Source: Octopus vulgaris (lineage: Eukaryota). From it: 64,000 nt of DNA. The notes below the pieces were generated by a model that saw only the letters and a program-made list of their open reading frames with translations, was not told the DNA's origin and ran no database searches. Each line of letters opens with the position of its first letter. Position 1 is the first letter of the stretch. The stretch covers positions 76,136,001 through 76,200,000 of the forward strand of contig OX597817.1 of assembly GCA_951406725.2 (NCBI GenBank). Direction: 5' to 3'. This document shows positions 25,348 through 38,442 of this stretch, in pieces. A program made the translations under genes and the position numbers.

Positions 25348-26437
25348 TTATATATATATATGAATGTATTTCAATTTATACATGTACACATATAAATCAA
25401 TATTATATATCTGTATTCATGTTATTTTTAAAATCCATCCAATTGCATTGATCACGTGTGATTTTTTTAAATCATCAAACTGTATTGATAAATATGGAAA
25501 ACAGATTCATTTAATCAATATTCCAATCACATACGTATATGATCAATACTTATGCGCATGTGGATTGCTTCTGTATTCTTTACTTTATAAACTGCGTTGT
25601 TACATTCTTTTAGTTTCTTGTAGTCTTTTATACTTTTACTCATTTTCCCCATTTATCTGCAGCCATATTGAAGCATCGTTTTGAAGGGTTTAGTCGGATA
25701 ATTTGCTGCTGTAATTATTTCCTTTAAATATGGCGCTCATTCTATAGATCTCTTTTGATAAAAGTACATAAAACTTATGTTTCGAAGATGACCTTTTCCA
25801 TGTATTAAAATGACGTACAAACACTCAGTACACTGCTTCTTATAGCAGGAACAGCAGAAAAACAAATGAAGTTGACATCCACTTGTCATTCAATTAATTC
25901 ATAAATATATACATTGGTACTTATTTTATCGACCCCGAAATGAAGAAAGGCAAAACTTCTTCAAAGTAGGTTTCAAATTTACTGCTGAAAGTTAGCCGAA
26001 AAATATTTATATATATTTGGGTCTCTCCTGAAATGATCATGTTTTTAATTGCAATGTTTTTAAAATTATTACTCTAAAATGTTTACTACTGAAAGCAATC
26101 CCTTGTGCCATACCTCTTCATAAATAATTCTATTTAAACTTCAATTACAGTAGGTGTTTTTTTAAATAGTATTTCATCATTCCACAAAGTAGTTGATATT
26201 CTGAATGCAAGTAAAACTTTGGTAAAAAAGAAACGTGATTAGAAAACAAAAGGTATTAGGAAATTATATTTTACGTTATCATTTGAATACTAAGAACAGA
26301 GATACATTCGCGACCTCACCATGGTAGCATTGTACTGTAAACACATGTTGAAACACAACTACCTGGGTGATTTCCCCATAGTTTGTGCAATATATATATG
26401 TATGTATGTATGTATGTATATATATACATGCATACAA

Positions 26438-26480
<43 letters not shown>

Positions 26481-26489
26481 AATATACAT

Positions 26490-26693
26490 AGGCACAGGAG
26501 TGGCTGTGTGGGTAGGCGCAGGAGTTGCTGTGTGGTAAGTAGTTTGCTTACGAACCACATGGTTCCGGGTTCAGTCCCACTGCGTGGTACCTTGGGCAAG
26601 CGTATTCTACTATGGCCTCGGGCCAACCAAAGCCTTGTGAGTAGATTTGGTAGACGGAAACTGAAAGAAGCCCGTCGTATATATGTATATATA

Positions 26694-26729
<36 letters not shown>

Positions 26730-26955
26730 TGTATGTGCGTATTTGTGTGTCTGTGTTTGTCGCCCCCAACATCGCTTGACAACCGATGCTGGTGTGTTTA
26801 CGTCCCTGTAACTTAGCAGTTCGGCAAAAAAGAGACCGATAAAATAAGTACTAGGCTTACAAAGAATAAGTCCTGGGGTCGATTTGATCGACTAAAGGCG
26901 GTGCTCCCACATGGCCGCAGTCACATGATTGAAACAAGTAAAAGAGTAAAAGAGT
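26490..26955 (+). mobile_element. SINE family A, full length, with duplicated first 24 nt and (GTAAAAGA)n tail
   Basis: tRNA-like head with A/B-box-like TGGCTGTGTGG and GGTTCAGTCCC; more than ten homologous copies in the window. Confidence 0.93.
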
Positions 26956-27000
26956 ATACATGTATATGTTTAATGTATCTATGTATAAGAATATATATAA

Positions 27001-27068
27001 CTAGCAGTAATGCCTGTCGTTGATCGGGTAATTACTTTTACTCTTTCTCGGAAGTCACATTCAATTTG

Positions 27069-27139
<71 letters not shown>

Positions 27140-28871
27140 CCTCATGCATGTATGTATTTTATAAGAAAGCAGTGTGGGATAAGTAAAGGAGAAAAGAGAT
27201 CAATTTCATACACGAACTTTGTTTGTTATATGTCGATAATAAGTGAGTTTTATGTGTTATTTTTATTTCAATACAGTAATGGCAATTATATAATACACAA
27301 TGTTTTGGTCAGTACGGAGCTCTAAAGAAAACGAATTGCCCAACGCGCTGCACTGGGGGACTGAACCCAAGGTGACATGGTTAGAAAGCAAGCTTCTCGA
27401 CCTTACAGCCTATAAAGGAGACATACATTTTGGATAATATACTCCTTGGTACAATATGCTTAACAAAAAGATGGAATGTTTACGGCAAGAAGACCTTTGA
27501 TTTTAATAATTACTCGAACAATGCAATAACTAACAACGTTAAACCACACATAATGTTCCAGAATTAAAGATATGTTTCAATGAAAATCATGAAATTTAAA
27601 AAAAAAACTGCCAGAATTTCATGTTTATTACCAGAACAAATAGATTATAAATCTTACGTCAACCTTTTATTGAAAATTTTCAACATGTCTGTATCCCTGC
27701 AGACTTCAAACCTCTTCTAAGTGTTGTGAAACACATTTTGAAGCATTTCAGGTGTTAGCTCCTGCACTGCTAACTGAATGCGTTCTTTAAGCTCATCTAA
27801 ACGATTGCTCCATCTTGGGGATGGAGGTAAAGAATATGATTGCTGCCAAATTGAAAACAAGCTCTCATGGACAAAAAAGAGGGGTCCAACAGGAATGAAA
27901 ATAAAATAATAAACAAAATGTATACACTTTTAACACATATTAAACATGATAAACATATATAAAAGTGTGTTTTAAAAAATGCATCTGATTTCACTCAAAT
28001 CATCATTAATTCTGGGAAACTCTGTATTTACTCGTCCAAATAAACGGGGGAGAGGACACGGTGGGAGGACTAATTGCAGGTGGCGAGCGTAGCTTCCGGA
28101 AGTGGTCACGCGGTCAAACTCAAATGGCTGTAGGTCACAACAGTAGTTTGATTTTTTTTGTATGAACATCTTGCATTATATATTTCAGATATGGATAACA
28201 TAGACAGCAGATACGCTGCTGGGCCATGCTGCGTTGTGCAGAATTGGAAATGTGAAACATCGAAAGGCACTTCTGGAGAATGAAGGAATGGGTTTGTTGT
28301 GCCTTTACCCAGCCGCATACACACGCACATGACCCGGTGGTGGTCGGGATAGTAACATGACGCCAACAAATATTTTAATGTTCTTTTCATTTCCTCTGCC
28401 AAACTGGACAAAAAGGTTGTCGTGAAAAATTATACACTACTTCTAACGCATAAGTAGCGTCAATATTTTATCGTCGGAAACTGGCCTGAAACAAAGATAA
28501 AACCCAGTGCAGTATATTCAGATCTGATTAATCTGCGTTTTGGTGGGGGCGGAGAGTGGGTATAGTTAGCGTCGGAGATTGGTTTTAGTCAACAGCAAGT
28601 CGAGGAGCTTGATTAATGTTTGTTGGAAATTTGGAGGAAAGTGACTGGATACACTTCAAGTTATGGATCTTAATGCTGCGGAAATTTGGTTTATCTGCTC
28701 CTGGGCCCGCATTAGGCCTGAAGTTTTAAAGTGGTTTACGGCCCATGACACTCTATGAACCCTATGTAATGCATGTGTAAAATTTCATTGAAATCAGTTG
28801 GGTGGATCTCGAGTTTTAACGACATGACAAACACACAGACAGACACACATCCTTTGTTTCATTTATATAGA
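27001..28871 (-). mobile_element. Probable non-autonomous Helitron with nested SINE and Tc1-like fragments
   Basis: Left end A|CTAGCAGTAATGCCTGTCGTTGATCGGGTA and right end ACAGACACAC...TTTATATAGA|T both resemble the ends of 4868-6029. Confidence 0.6.
27411..27800 (-). mobile_element. Tc1/mariner-superfamily 3' fragment
   Basis: Minus strand ELKERIQLAVQELTPEMLQNVFHN*KRFEVC-like C-terminus. Confidence 0.6.
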
Positions 28872-28925
28872 TTACGCATATACACATATACATACATACA
28901 TAATACATATATACATGCGTATATA

Positions 28926-28970
<45 letters not shown>

Positions 28971-29099
28971 CGTGTAGATATACGTATATATATATACGTG
29001 TAGATATACGTATATATATATATATATATATACGTGTATATATACGTATATATATATACATATATATATATAAACACACTCACACATGCACACAATTTG

Positions 29100-29390
29100 A
29101 TTCAAATTCGTTGGTGTTCTTGAGTTTCAAGCGTGATGCTAGTCGTCACGTATTTTGAATCTGAATGACAGTAGTTGATTGTTTAAAGTAAAGTGGGCTG
29201 CGAGTGGACGAGGAAGGTCACGCCGTGTCGTGGTTTAATGTTGGTATATGGGTAACACTGAGTTGGAAAACACCGCATAGCGAACAGGAAGTTGACCACG
29301 TGGAGGACAGGAAATAGAGCACATGACGATTAGGAATCAGTCAGGTGGTTGGTTGGGGACTGGGAAAGGGTGGCATGTGCATGTATGTAG
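29100..29390 (-). pseudogene. Possible PLE GIY-YIG endonuclease remnant
   Basis: Degenerate SCSLCG and PLAAHFTLN motifs; heavily decayed. Confidence 0.35.
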
Positions 29391-29837
29391 TTCTATATCT
29401 GGGTGAGCAGACGCACTCCTATAATTTACGTGCATGTCGATATTGATGTGAGTGTGCGCATCTGTAAATGTGCGCACTTGCGCACGTCTGCACACACAAA
29501 CACACACACACACATATTTTAACATCTTTTCTACATTTTTCTACATGTTTATGGTATATTTATATATATAATGAAATTTTTTCGTTGTTATTTTCATATT
29601 CTTACCACTTGCTCTGGCTGATTTTAATGAATAGGATGAATTTTTATTGGAAATTATTTTCTCTCTTTTTGGATTCCTCAAAAAGTTTGAATTGTTCTAT
29701 TTGAACTTATTTTTTCTCAAATATATATATATAAAGTTAATCCAAACATGAAAACACAAATAGAAAACATAACAACGCGAGGACGTGGAAGACATATAGT
29801 GTTATTGGACGCTCAGGAAAGGAAAAAAGGAGGAGGA

Positions 29838-29870
29838 TTCAACGTTTCGAGCAGAGCTCTTCGACAGAAA
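29838..29870 (-). ncRNA. Very small hammerhead-like motif, A6U variant, in a roughly 220-bp element between TA tracts
   Basis: UUU CUGUCGA aGAGC ucu GCUC GAAA CG UU/ GAA. Confidence 0.55.
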
Positions 29871-29942
29871 CATAGAATAAGGAAAGATCCAAGGAAGGGA
29901 AGACGGAGGAAAAAATCGCCAAAGATACACACGCGGTCACAT

Positions 29943-30000
<58 letters not shown>

Positions 30001-30007
<7 letters not shown>

Positions 30008-30322
30008 ATCACGTGACCGACCAGACCATCAGATGTTGTTACACATCGCAGGTCACAATGCGTTCGCATTATTTTAGCCTTTGAATGACGCCACCCCGCT
30101 GGCTAAACGAGCAGGCCAACAGAAGAAGAAAGAGTGGGAGAAAGGGTGATGAAAGAGTACAGCAGGGATCCCCACCCCCTGCAGGAGCGTCGTGGACCTT
30201 TAAGTTGTTTTCGCTCAATAAACACTTACAATAAACACTTACAACGCCCGGTCTGGGATTTGAAACCGCGATCCTACGACCGCGAGTCCGCTGCCCTAAC
30301 CACTGGTCAATTGCGTCTTCAC
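30001..30322 (-). mobile_element. tRNA(Arg)-like SINE family C, full length, ending in (TA)n
   Basis: Head CAGTGGTTAGGGCAGCGGAC-TCG-CGGTCGTAGG...GGTTTCAAATCCC; body and tail match 45669-45912. Confidence 0.85.
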
Positions 30323-30377
30323 ACAGACACACACATATATATGTATATATATATATGTATATATATGAATATATATG

Positions 30378-30410
<33 letters not shown>

Positions 30411-30415
30411 GGCTT

Positions 30416-30467
30416 ATATGTTAAATGAGGCATGATTGCCCTTACTGCCGAAACAGCTGTCAGATAT
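30416..30467 (+). ncRNA. Degenerate hammerhead remnant
   Basis: AUAUGU UAAAUGA GGCA...UGCC GAAA CAGCUG UC AGAUAU; the CUGA box is decayed. Confidence 0.45.
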
Positions 30468-30645
30468 GATATAATTACATATTATATTTTATATTTTATA
30501 TTTCTATTTCCTTGTCTAATTATATTTACAATATATTATGTATAATGCCTTTACTGTTTTGTAATGGTGTAATAAAGTATTGATTGGGTATCATCTGTTG
30601 GTTGATGTTTGATTGATTTAAGTATGTTTCTCCATTTTCTAATTT

Positions 30646-30680
<35 letters not shown>

Positions 30681-30682
<2 letters not shown>

Positions 30683-31267
30683 TACTATTAAAAGGGATGT
30701 AGCCTTTTTCTCTACAGAAAAAAACTCCATCAGGAATTGTGGCAGTATATTAAAAGAACCTTTACGGTTAAAATTATCAATATGTCATAAGCAAGGGCTA
30801 AAGAAAGTTTTCTAAAGCCAATATACTGAAATCCACATTTAATCTACATGCTACAGAAAGTTGAACTGAAATGCGGGCAACTCTACCTTTGGAACATTTA
30901 AATTTCGTTATCTTAATATTGAATCAATTTCGGAATCAACACTATAAGTGTTTGTTCGTCTTCAGTTAAGCTTACGAGAGAATATAAGTGAGATACTCAC
31001 ACGTGCCCCTGGAAAACAGCGGAGCGAATAACACGAGCACATCTGAGTAACCCCGTTATATCCAAAAATAAAAGTTCGTAGGTTAAGTCTCAGAACAACC
31101 TGTTGACTTGCCGCCGCTACATATTGTAGTGGTTACAAGTCCCCCTGCAGCAAGCAGTAATTAGTTTACTACTATTAAAAGGGATGTAACCTTTTTCTCT
31201 ACAGAGAAAAAACTCCATCAGGAATTGTGGCAGTATATTAAAAGAACCTTTACGGTTAAAATTATCA

Positions 31268-31271
<4 letters not shown>
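30681..31271 (-). mobile_element. 590-bp element with 103-bp terminal direct repeats inserted in (TA)n, with a degenerate HHR at about 30920-30969
   Basis: 30681-30783 is nearly identical to 31168-31271; the minus strand has CUGAAGA-hairpin-GAAA. Confidence 0.7.
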
Positions 31272-31340
<69 letters not shown>

Positions 31341-31350
31341 TTATTATTAT

Positions 31351-31398
<48 letters not shown>

Positions 31399-31600
31399 TA
31401 AATATATTATATAAAAGGGCTTAGTATAAATTACTTTGCCGCATACTGAACTCATTAGAAATAGCAGCTAAAAAACTTTTTTATATTTCTATACTTATCT
31501 CTCTCATATATAGTGTTTGCTTAATTCAACTCATTTGGGGTAGGACATTAAAAAATCAAATGCTGTATATAAATATATATATATATATATATATACATAT

Positions 31601-31656
<56 letters not shown>

Positions 31657-32184
31657 CGTTTACCAGGTCCACTCAAACTCAAAATGATTTTATTTGCCCG
31701 GAGCAATAGTGGAAATCATTTACCCAAGAAACCATGTGGTTTCGAATGAAACTTCTTACCACATAGCCACGTCTAATGCTAATCAAAACATTTTAACATA
31801 ATCCAGTACTTCTGTTTGCCTTTGATATATAGCTTTATAATTTATCAAACTGTCGTCCGAATCAGTAAAGATGAACGTGAAGTCGAAAAGATAGCAATAG
31901 GCTTTGTTCAACTGCTTCACTCCGGAACGTATGCTGACAAAGACCAGCGTTCGATAAGAATGTCTAAGCCAGCGATTATAATTGATGCGGGTTGTTTACT
32001 TGACTTGCAATGATTCAAAAGTCCTGCTTTTCTCTTTCCTCTGCAGTTATTCGGTATGAAAGGTTTAGATAATTTCTACTATCAATCATTTTGTCTGCTT
32101 TTGCTTACAAAGTTCGAAATATGTTCGAATTTATATGGGGTTATAAATTGCTTTCTAAATTGGAAAAGCTCTTAAAACCAAATT

Positions 32185-32276
<92 letters not shown>

Positions 32277-32682
32277 ATTGGCTGTACGCCTCTCCACGCG
32301 CCAGAGAGATAGACGCCAAAGCCGCTATACACCATCTTTAAAAAATCCGAAAAACAAAACATGTGTTGTATTCTCGCAAAAGAATGATAACCGTGTACAA
32401 GATCCTGTTTCAAGCTGAAAGTGCTTTTAAAGCACTTGATGCGTAATCACAAGGATGTGTGTTCGAGTCTCAGGGCTGGCCGCCGACAGATTCTTCTAAA
32501 AAATAAGGATGTTTCTCCTGTTTATGCTATATTATTAGCATAGTCTTGCGTTTGAGGATAAAATTATTTCATTATCTGCATGTTTCAATACATCTCAATG
32601 CTTCTAAATCAAACTTTGTTGACTTTCAACATAATATATATATATATATATATAAATATAAATATAAATATAAATATATATG

Positions 32683-32734
<52 letters not shown>

Positions 32735-32841
32735 TAAATATGTATATATATACATACATACATACATATATATTCATATACTTTGATACTTTGATAGGTT
32801 TCGGGCATTATTGGCCCAGGCCATGTCTAACCTAATAGCAC

Positions 32842-32908
<67 letters not shown>

Positions 32909-33033
32909 CATATATATATATATGTATGTTTATATATATATATTTTATATATATATACGTATATATATGTATATATATATATATATACATATATATACGT
33001 ATATATACATATTTATATATACATACGTATTTA

Positions 33034-33085
<52 letters not shown>

Positions 33086-33097
33086 TATAAACTTAGA

Positions 33098-33888
33098 TAA
33101 ACTTAGATATGTTTCAACCAAAGATTGGTCAAGGTCATGTTTAACTTAATAGCACAACCTAATAGGATTATGTAAACACTTTTAAAGTCAAGTTTTTGTT
33201 ATTATGGGCCATTGAAATAGAGAGTTTTATCCAGGCGTGGGCGGTTTATCTGATATTCCTTGAAGAAAATTTCCAGACTCCATTTAAAGGTGATGTGTTC
33301 CTTTTCCTCTTTGATCAGTTTTGGGACAATGTTAAACAGAGCACGGCCTGTTGAGGAAAAGAAATTGTGTCGCAGTGTACCTATGTGTTGTGATCGTGAT
33401 GTGGGTAGCGGACGAACCTTGGATGAACCTTGAAGCTAATGTTCAGGTCGTTTGGGCAATGTCGGTAGTATATTCTCCTCATTGTGTGTATGATGTACCG
33501 CTCGCGGTGGCGCTAGAGAGAGTAGAGTTTCAAGGCTTTAAGGCGGACCCAGTAATCGTGATCAGTCATGCCCTTAATATGTTTTAGTGAATGCCCTCTG
33601 GGGTGATTCAATTTTCGAGATGTTTTGCTTTGTATGGGGAGACCACACGGGGTTAGCGGTATTCGAGATGTGGCCGTACAAAGGAGGAGAAATGTGGAAT
33701 GATGACACATTGTTCTCTGGACCGCAAGATTCTTAAGATACAGGAGCTCATCCAAAGTGCCATATTGTTGATGTGGGCTCTGAGATTGTTGTCTATAATT
33801 ACTTCTAGGTCTCTGATATTATTAGATGCTGTGAACGGTTCCCCAGAAGGAAGTGAGTGTGGCTGTTTTAGTATGGTTTAGTTGCATT
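33098..33888 (-). mobile_element. 5'-truncated CR1/L2-group LINE 3' part with short tandem tail; a second 3' tip lies at about 32780-32842
   Basis: IRDLEVIIDNNL, FVRPHLEY, DYWVRLKALKLYSL*RHRERY and FFSSTGRALFNIVPK; tail (TATCTAAGTT)2. Confidence 0.82.
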
Positions 33889-34205
<317 letters not shown>

Positions 34206-34323
34206 CTTGTGTACTTTTTTTTTTCTCACAGTTGTAGCTGGAACAAGGAAGACGTGTTCTTGTCCGTCTTCTATCCAATCTTTATTTACGCGTTCGCCAC
34301 CACAACCTCATTTATTTTTAGCA

Positions 34324-34655
34324 TCTCCTCCATTTATATAATTATGAACGAATTATAAAGCTGAAATGCGAAAAAGTTGTTTGGTTTCTTGGTTATTTGT
34401 CTCATTTCGGGATGGGAACGGTTTAAAGGGCGGTAGAAGGGGTCGAATTGGTGCCAAAATTTGCACTGAGGGGTAAAATGGGGTGGCAATGGTGTGAGGA
34501 GGGTTGCAAGTCGCTCGGGCCTACCGTTTGGTTGCCATGGTGAGGAATATGGGAAAGGCAAAGAAGACGAAGAAAAGAAGAAAGGGAAAGGAGACCACAC
34601 GCACAAAGCAACACTTCCACCAAAACCCGAGCGAAGCACGGATCAGAATAGCTAG
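34324..34655 (+). mobile_element. Possible short non-autonomous Helitron
   Basis: Ends CCCGAGCGAAGCACGGATCAGAATAGCTAG|T (degenerate hairpin plus CTAG); the 5' end is uncertain. Confidence 0.5.
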
Positions 34656-34673
34656 TCAATCTATAAAAGTACA

Positions 34674-34835
34674 TTTGTGTGTGTGTGTTTGTCCCTCGGC
34701 TATCGCTTGACTACCGATGTTGGTCTGTTTACGTCACCGAAACATAACGGTTCGGAGAAAGAAATCGATAGAATAATTACTAGGCTTAAAGCATGGCCGT
34801 AGTCAAATGACTGAAACAAGCAAAATAATAAAAGA
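34674..34835 (+). mobile_element. SINE family A 3' half
   Basis: Matches 26750-26950. Confidence 0.8.
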
Positions 34836-34941
34836 ATATACATATATATGAATCTATGTGCATAAATATGCGTATGTATGTATATACATATAGATACACA
34901 CATATATGCATATATATACGTATATTTTTATGTATATGCTA

Positions 34942-34997
<56 letters not shown>

Positions 34998-35157
34998 TAT
35001 TTGCCACCTAAATGTGGCTAATCCTTAAGGGTCGATGCTTCTGTAGCTTGTAGCTCCAAGAAGACATCTCTTCCAGTTGGCTATTGACACACTATCTGTG
35101 CCCTATCAGTATTCGCAAAGGAAAGTCATCCTTCCGATCGCAAGCCTGACGTGATAT

Positions 35158-35200
35158 ACACGGACCCGATTTTCTGGGTATTGACCCCTCATCAGCGTGT
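35158..35200 (-). ncRNA. Minimal type I hammerhead ribozyme, canonical core
   Basis: ACACG CUGAUGA gGGGU caau ACCCa GAAA AUCGGG UC/ CGUGU. Confidence 0.8.
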
Positions 35201-35583
35201 GACAACCACCGGTTGGCGATAAAATCTTTATTATGATCAAACTGATCGTACATAGACAAGGACATTACGAGACAAACAAATACAAAAATGTTAAATGAGT
35301 TCGAATGAGCGTTAAGTTAAAAATTTACTTGAAATATATTTTATGTAGCGATTAATTTTTACCTTTAACTAGAACTTTAAAAAAAAGCGAAAACAAAGAA
35401 AGCGAATAAAAGTTCAAAAAGATCGAACCCGGTAGCCTATAAGACCCAGCAACTTTCTTTTCCTTTCATCAAGGATTAAGCCTCAGGGAGACATCTCCTC
35501 CAGCTGGCTATTAACACACTATCTGTGCCCTGTCAGTATTTGCAAAGGGAAGTCATCGTTCCCATCTCCAGCCTGACGTGACA

Positions 35584-35628
35584 CACACGGACCCGAGTTT
35601 CTGGGTATTGACCCGTCATCAGCTTGTG
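35584..35628 (-). ncRNA. Minimal type I hammerhead ribozyme, canonical core (second tandem copy)
   Basis: CACAAG CUGAUGA cGGGU caau ACCCa GAAA CUCGGG UC/ CGUGUG. Confidence 0.8.
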
Positions 35629-35654
35629 ACAACCAACGATTGGCGATGCTTATT

Positions 35655-36052
35655 GTTTTAGTTTCTTATCTGTTTCACTCATTTTGACTACGGCCATGCT
35701 GGAGTACCAACTTTAGTCGAACAAATCGATCCCAAGACTTATTCTTTGTAAACCTAGTACTCATTCTATCGGAGATGTAAACAAACCAACATCGGTTCTC
35801 AAGCGATGGTGGGGGACAAACATACAAACAGGCACACACACACATATGCACACACACAAATATACATATATGACGGGCTTTAAGTTTCCGTATTCTACTC
35901 ACAAGTTTTTGGTCGTGCCGATGCTATAGTAGAAGACACTTACCCAAGGTGACATTCAGTGGGCCTGAACCCGGAACCATGTGGTTGGAACCATGTGGTT
36001 GGAACCATGTCGTTGGTAAGCAAGCTACTCACCACACAGCCACGCCTGCGCC
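35655..36052 (-). mobile_element. SINE family A with an internal 14-bp triplication (GGAACCATGTGGTT)
   Basis: Reverse-complement match to 26490-26955. Confidence 0.9.
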
Positions 36053-36137
36053 TATATATATTTATATGTGTGTGTGTGTATATATATATATATATGTTTG
36101 TGTGTATGTGAATGTGCATGTATGTATATAATGTATA

Positions 36138-36236
<99 letters not shown>

Positions 36237-36757
36237 ATATATGCTCAATGACAAGGTGTTGAGATCAGATTTGAAAAATGAAAAGATGGGAGTTATTTGT
36301 TATATTCTAGGGACTATATTCATCTTTAAACTAAAGGCACTGCTGCAAAGCCATATGAATTTATCATTACAAAGGAGATGTGAGAGGAGAACTAATAGAA
36401 TGGTTGTTTGTCACACAATTATAGCTCGGCGAGTGTTTAAGCTTGCCACCTATGGTCATATTAATTTCATTTATCCTTCTTCAATTTAAACATAAAATAT
36501 AAATTCTTAACTTCACTTTCTGTTAACACTATAATAAATAAAACAACAATTTCTTTGTAAAACTTAGAAATACAATTGACGTTTTTATCTAGATTTACAG
36601 TTGCAAATACGATAAGTGTTGGGACATAAAAATGCCTCTATTAATTGAATGATGTGTCTTTCACGTATCATTTTAAACAGTTCTCTAAAATCGAGCGTTC
36701 TGTCTACTATCATTGTTCGTAGCAAAACAACAATGAATGTATATATCAACTAAATAT

Positions 36758-36841
<84 letters not shown>

Positions 36842-36936
36842 TTAGAGACAAAACCACTATTTTGCAAATCAAACAAAGAAAGACTTAATCCAATACATAC
36901 AAAAATTTTAATATAAATTAAATAAAATTATATTCG

Positions 36937-36982
36937 CCACTACAATTATTTCATGTCTCTTCTCAGGACATTCATCAGGTGG
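36937..36982 (-). ncRNA. Minimal type I hammerhead ribozyme, canonical (left arm)
   Basis: CCAC CUGAUGA AUGUC cugagaaga GACAU GAAA UAAUUG UA/ GUGG. Confidence 0.85.
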
Positions 36983-37061
36983 ATTTCAGATCTTCTATTC
37001 TATTTTAAGTTATGAAGTTATGAAGACTTCATAACTTAAAATAGTATAGAAGATCTGAAAT

Positions 37062-37107
37062 CCACCTGATGAATGTCCTTAGAAGAGACATGAAATAATT
37101 GTAGTGG
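37062..37107 (+). ncRNA. Minimal type I hammerhead ribozyme, canonical (right arm)
   Basis: CCAC CUGAUGA AUGUC cuuagaaga GACAU GAAA UAAUUG UA/ GUGG. Confidence 0.85.
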
Positions 37108-37287
37108 CGAATATAATTTTATTTAATTTATATTAAAATTTTTTTATGTATTGGATTAAGTCTTTCTTTGTTTGATTTGCAAAATAGTGGTTTTGTCTCT
37201 AATTAATATTATATAATATTTTGCTATAAAATTGGATTCAATCCTAAATCTGATTTTCCCTGTAAATTTGGATTTATTCCCTAATAT

Positions 37288-37361
<74 letters not shown>

Positions 37362-37364
37362 AAT

Positions 37365-37612
37365 TAGTTGTAAAATCTCTAGAAGAGATCAGACTAGTAA
37401 CTATATTAACAAGTAACATTAATCGCTACATAGAAGTGGCTGTTCTATGTTACTACTTGTTTAACCCCAGGTAGGTCTTCCGCCAGCTGGTTATCGGTGC
37501 GGTGCTGCACTCTGTATATACATATATATTGATAGTAATATGTTGATGTGGCGATTAACTTTGCTTGTTAGTATAGTTACTATCCTGATCGCTTCTTGAG
37601 AATTTACAACTA
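37365..37612. repeat. Diverged 67-bp inverted repeat beside (TA)n, enclosing the shared PLE-like 3' motif
   Basis: 37365-37431 vs 37546-37612, about 10 mismatches. Confidence 0.7.
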
Positions 37613-38283
37613 GCTATTTTGCTTGTTGCAAATCAGTGACTGATGGTCACTTTGTTTACGAAATAATGCTGGCTAGGGCGGACCCTGTCAACCACTCTGG
37701 CGACCATGTACTTGCGGCTGAAGATGATCCAACAGTTCCAAATTAAATTAGTCTCGCGATCCTACTGTCTGCTAGAGGATGGTAGGGGTTCGCTCCCGCT
37801 GCTAGCAAGCATCATCTTTGAACACTTTTTCACTGTTCTCGGCCGGTTAACGGCTAGGCGTTCAGTTGAGTAGACACTGGCATTGATTCAACGACATTTG
37901 AAGTTTTGTCTAGGTGAATCTAGCCGCTGAGAACTAATCAAATTTACTTTAACAAATGTAATTTGGAAAATTCGAAACCTAGGTCCTAAGTTATCCACAT
38001 CTGGGTTGTACATTTATTTAATGTTCTTCCTACAAGTAAAATGAAAGTTTTTATGTTCGCCGCTCGCAAACAATTTTGACAGTATATTTATGTAGTGAAG
38101 CTTTACTATAGCGTCGTATATCATCGATTGCTATTTCGAGGAAATATTGGTGCTTTGTTGTACCACTATCCTATATATATATATTTATATATATTAATTT
38201 GTATTTATATATAGATACACACACATGCATGCGCACAGATATGTGTATGTGTGTGTAATACACACACACACACACACACACAT

Positions 38284-38373
<90 letters not shown>

Positions 38374-38442
38374 GTGTGTACGTTGCACCACTGAACTCAA
38401 CAAATATTTTTTCATTCTCTCTCTATTTCTTTCCTGTTGTTC

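Larger units (their letters stand above)
34994..35647 (-). mobile_element. Mini-PLE / retrozyme-like element: two HHR-containing repeats of about 170 bp separated by about 260 bp, abutting (TA)n
   Basis: About 35050-35220 is repeated at about 35478-35647; HHR cleavage sites are 427 nt apart. Confidence 0.8.
36831..37290 (+). mobile_element. PLE-like terminal repeat with near-perfect 188-bp fold-back palindrome, between TA tracts
   Basis: 36831-37018 is the reverse complement of 37026-37213 with about 3 mismatches; unique extension at 37214-37290. Confidence 0.85.

Noticed and set aside
26490-26590. tRNA genes at SINE heads (also 30250-30322 and 40180-40249)
   Set aside because: The cloverleaves are incomplete and each continues into a repeated SINE body.
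37715-37740. CTGAAGATGATCC hammerhead 5' half
   Set aside because: No closing stem II or GAAA follows.
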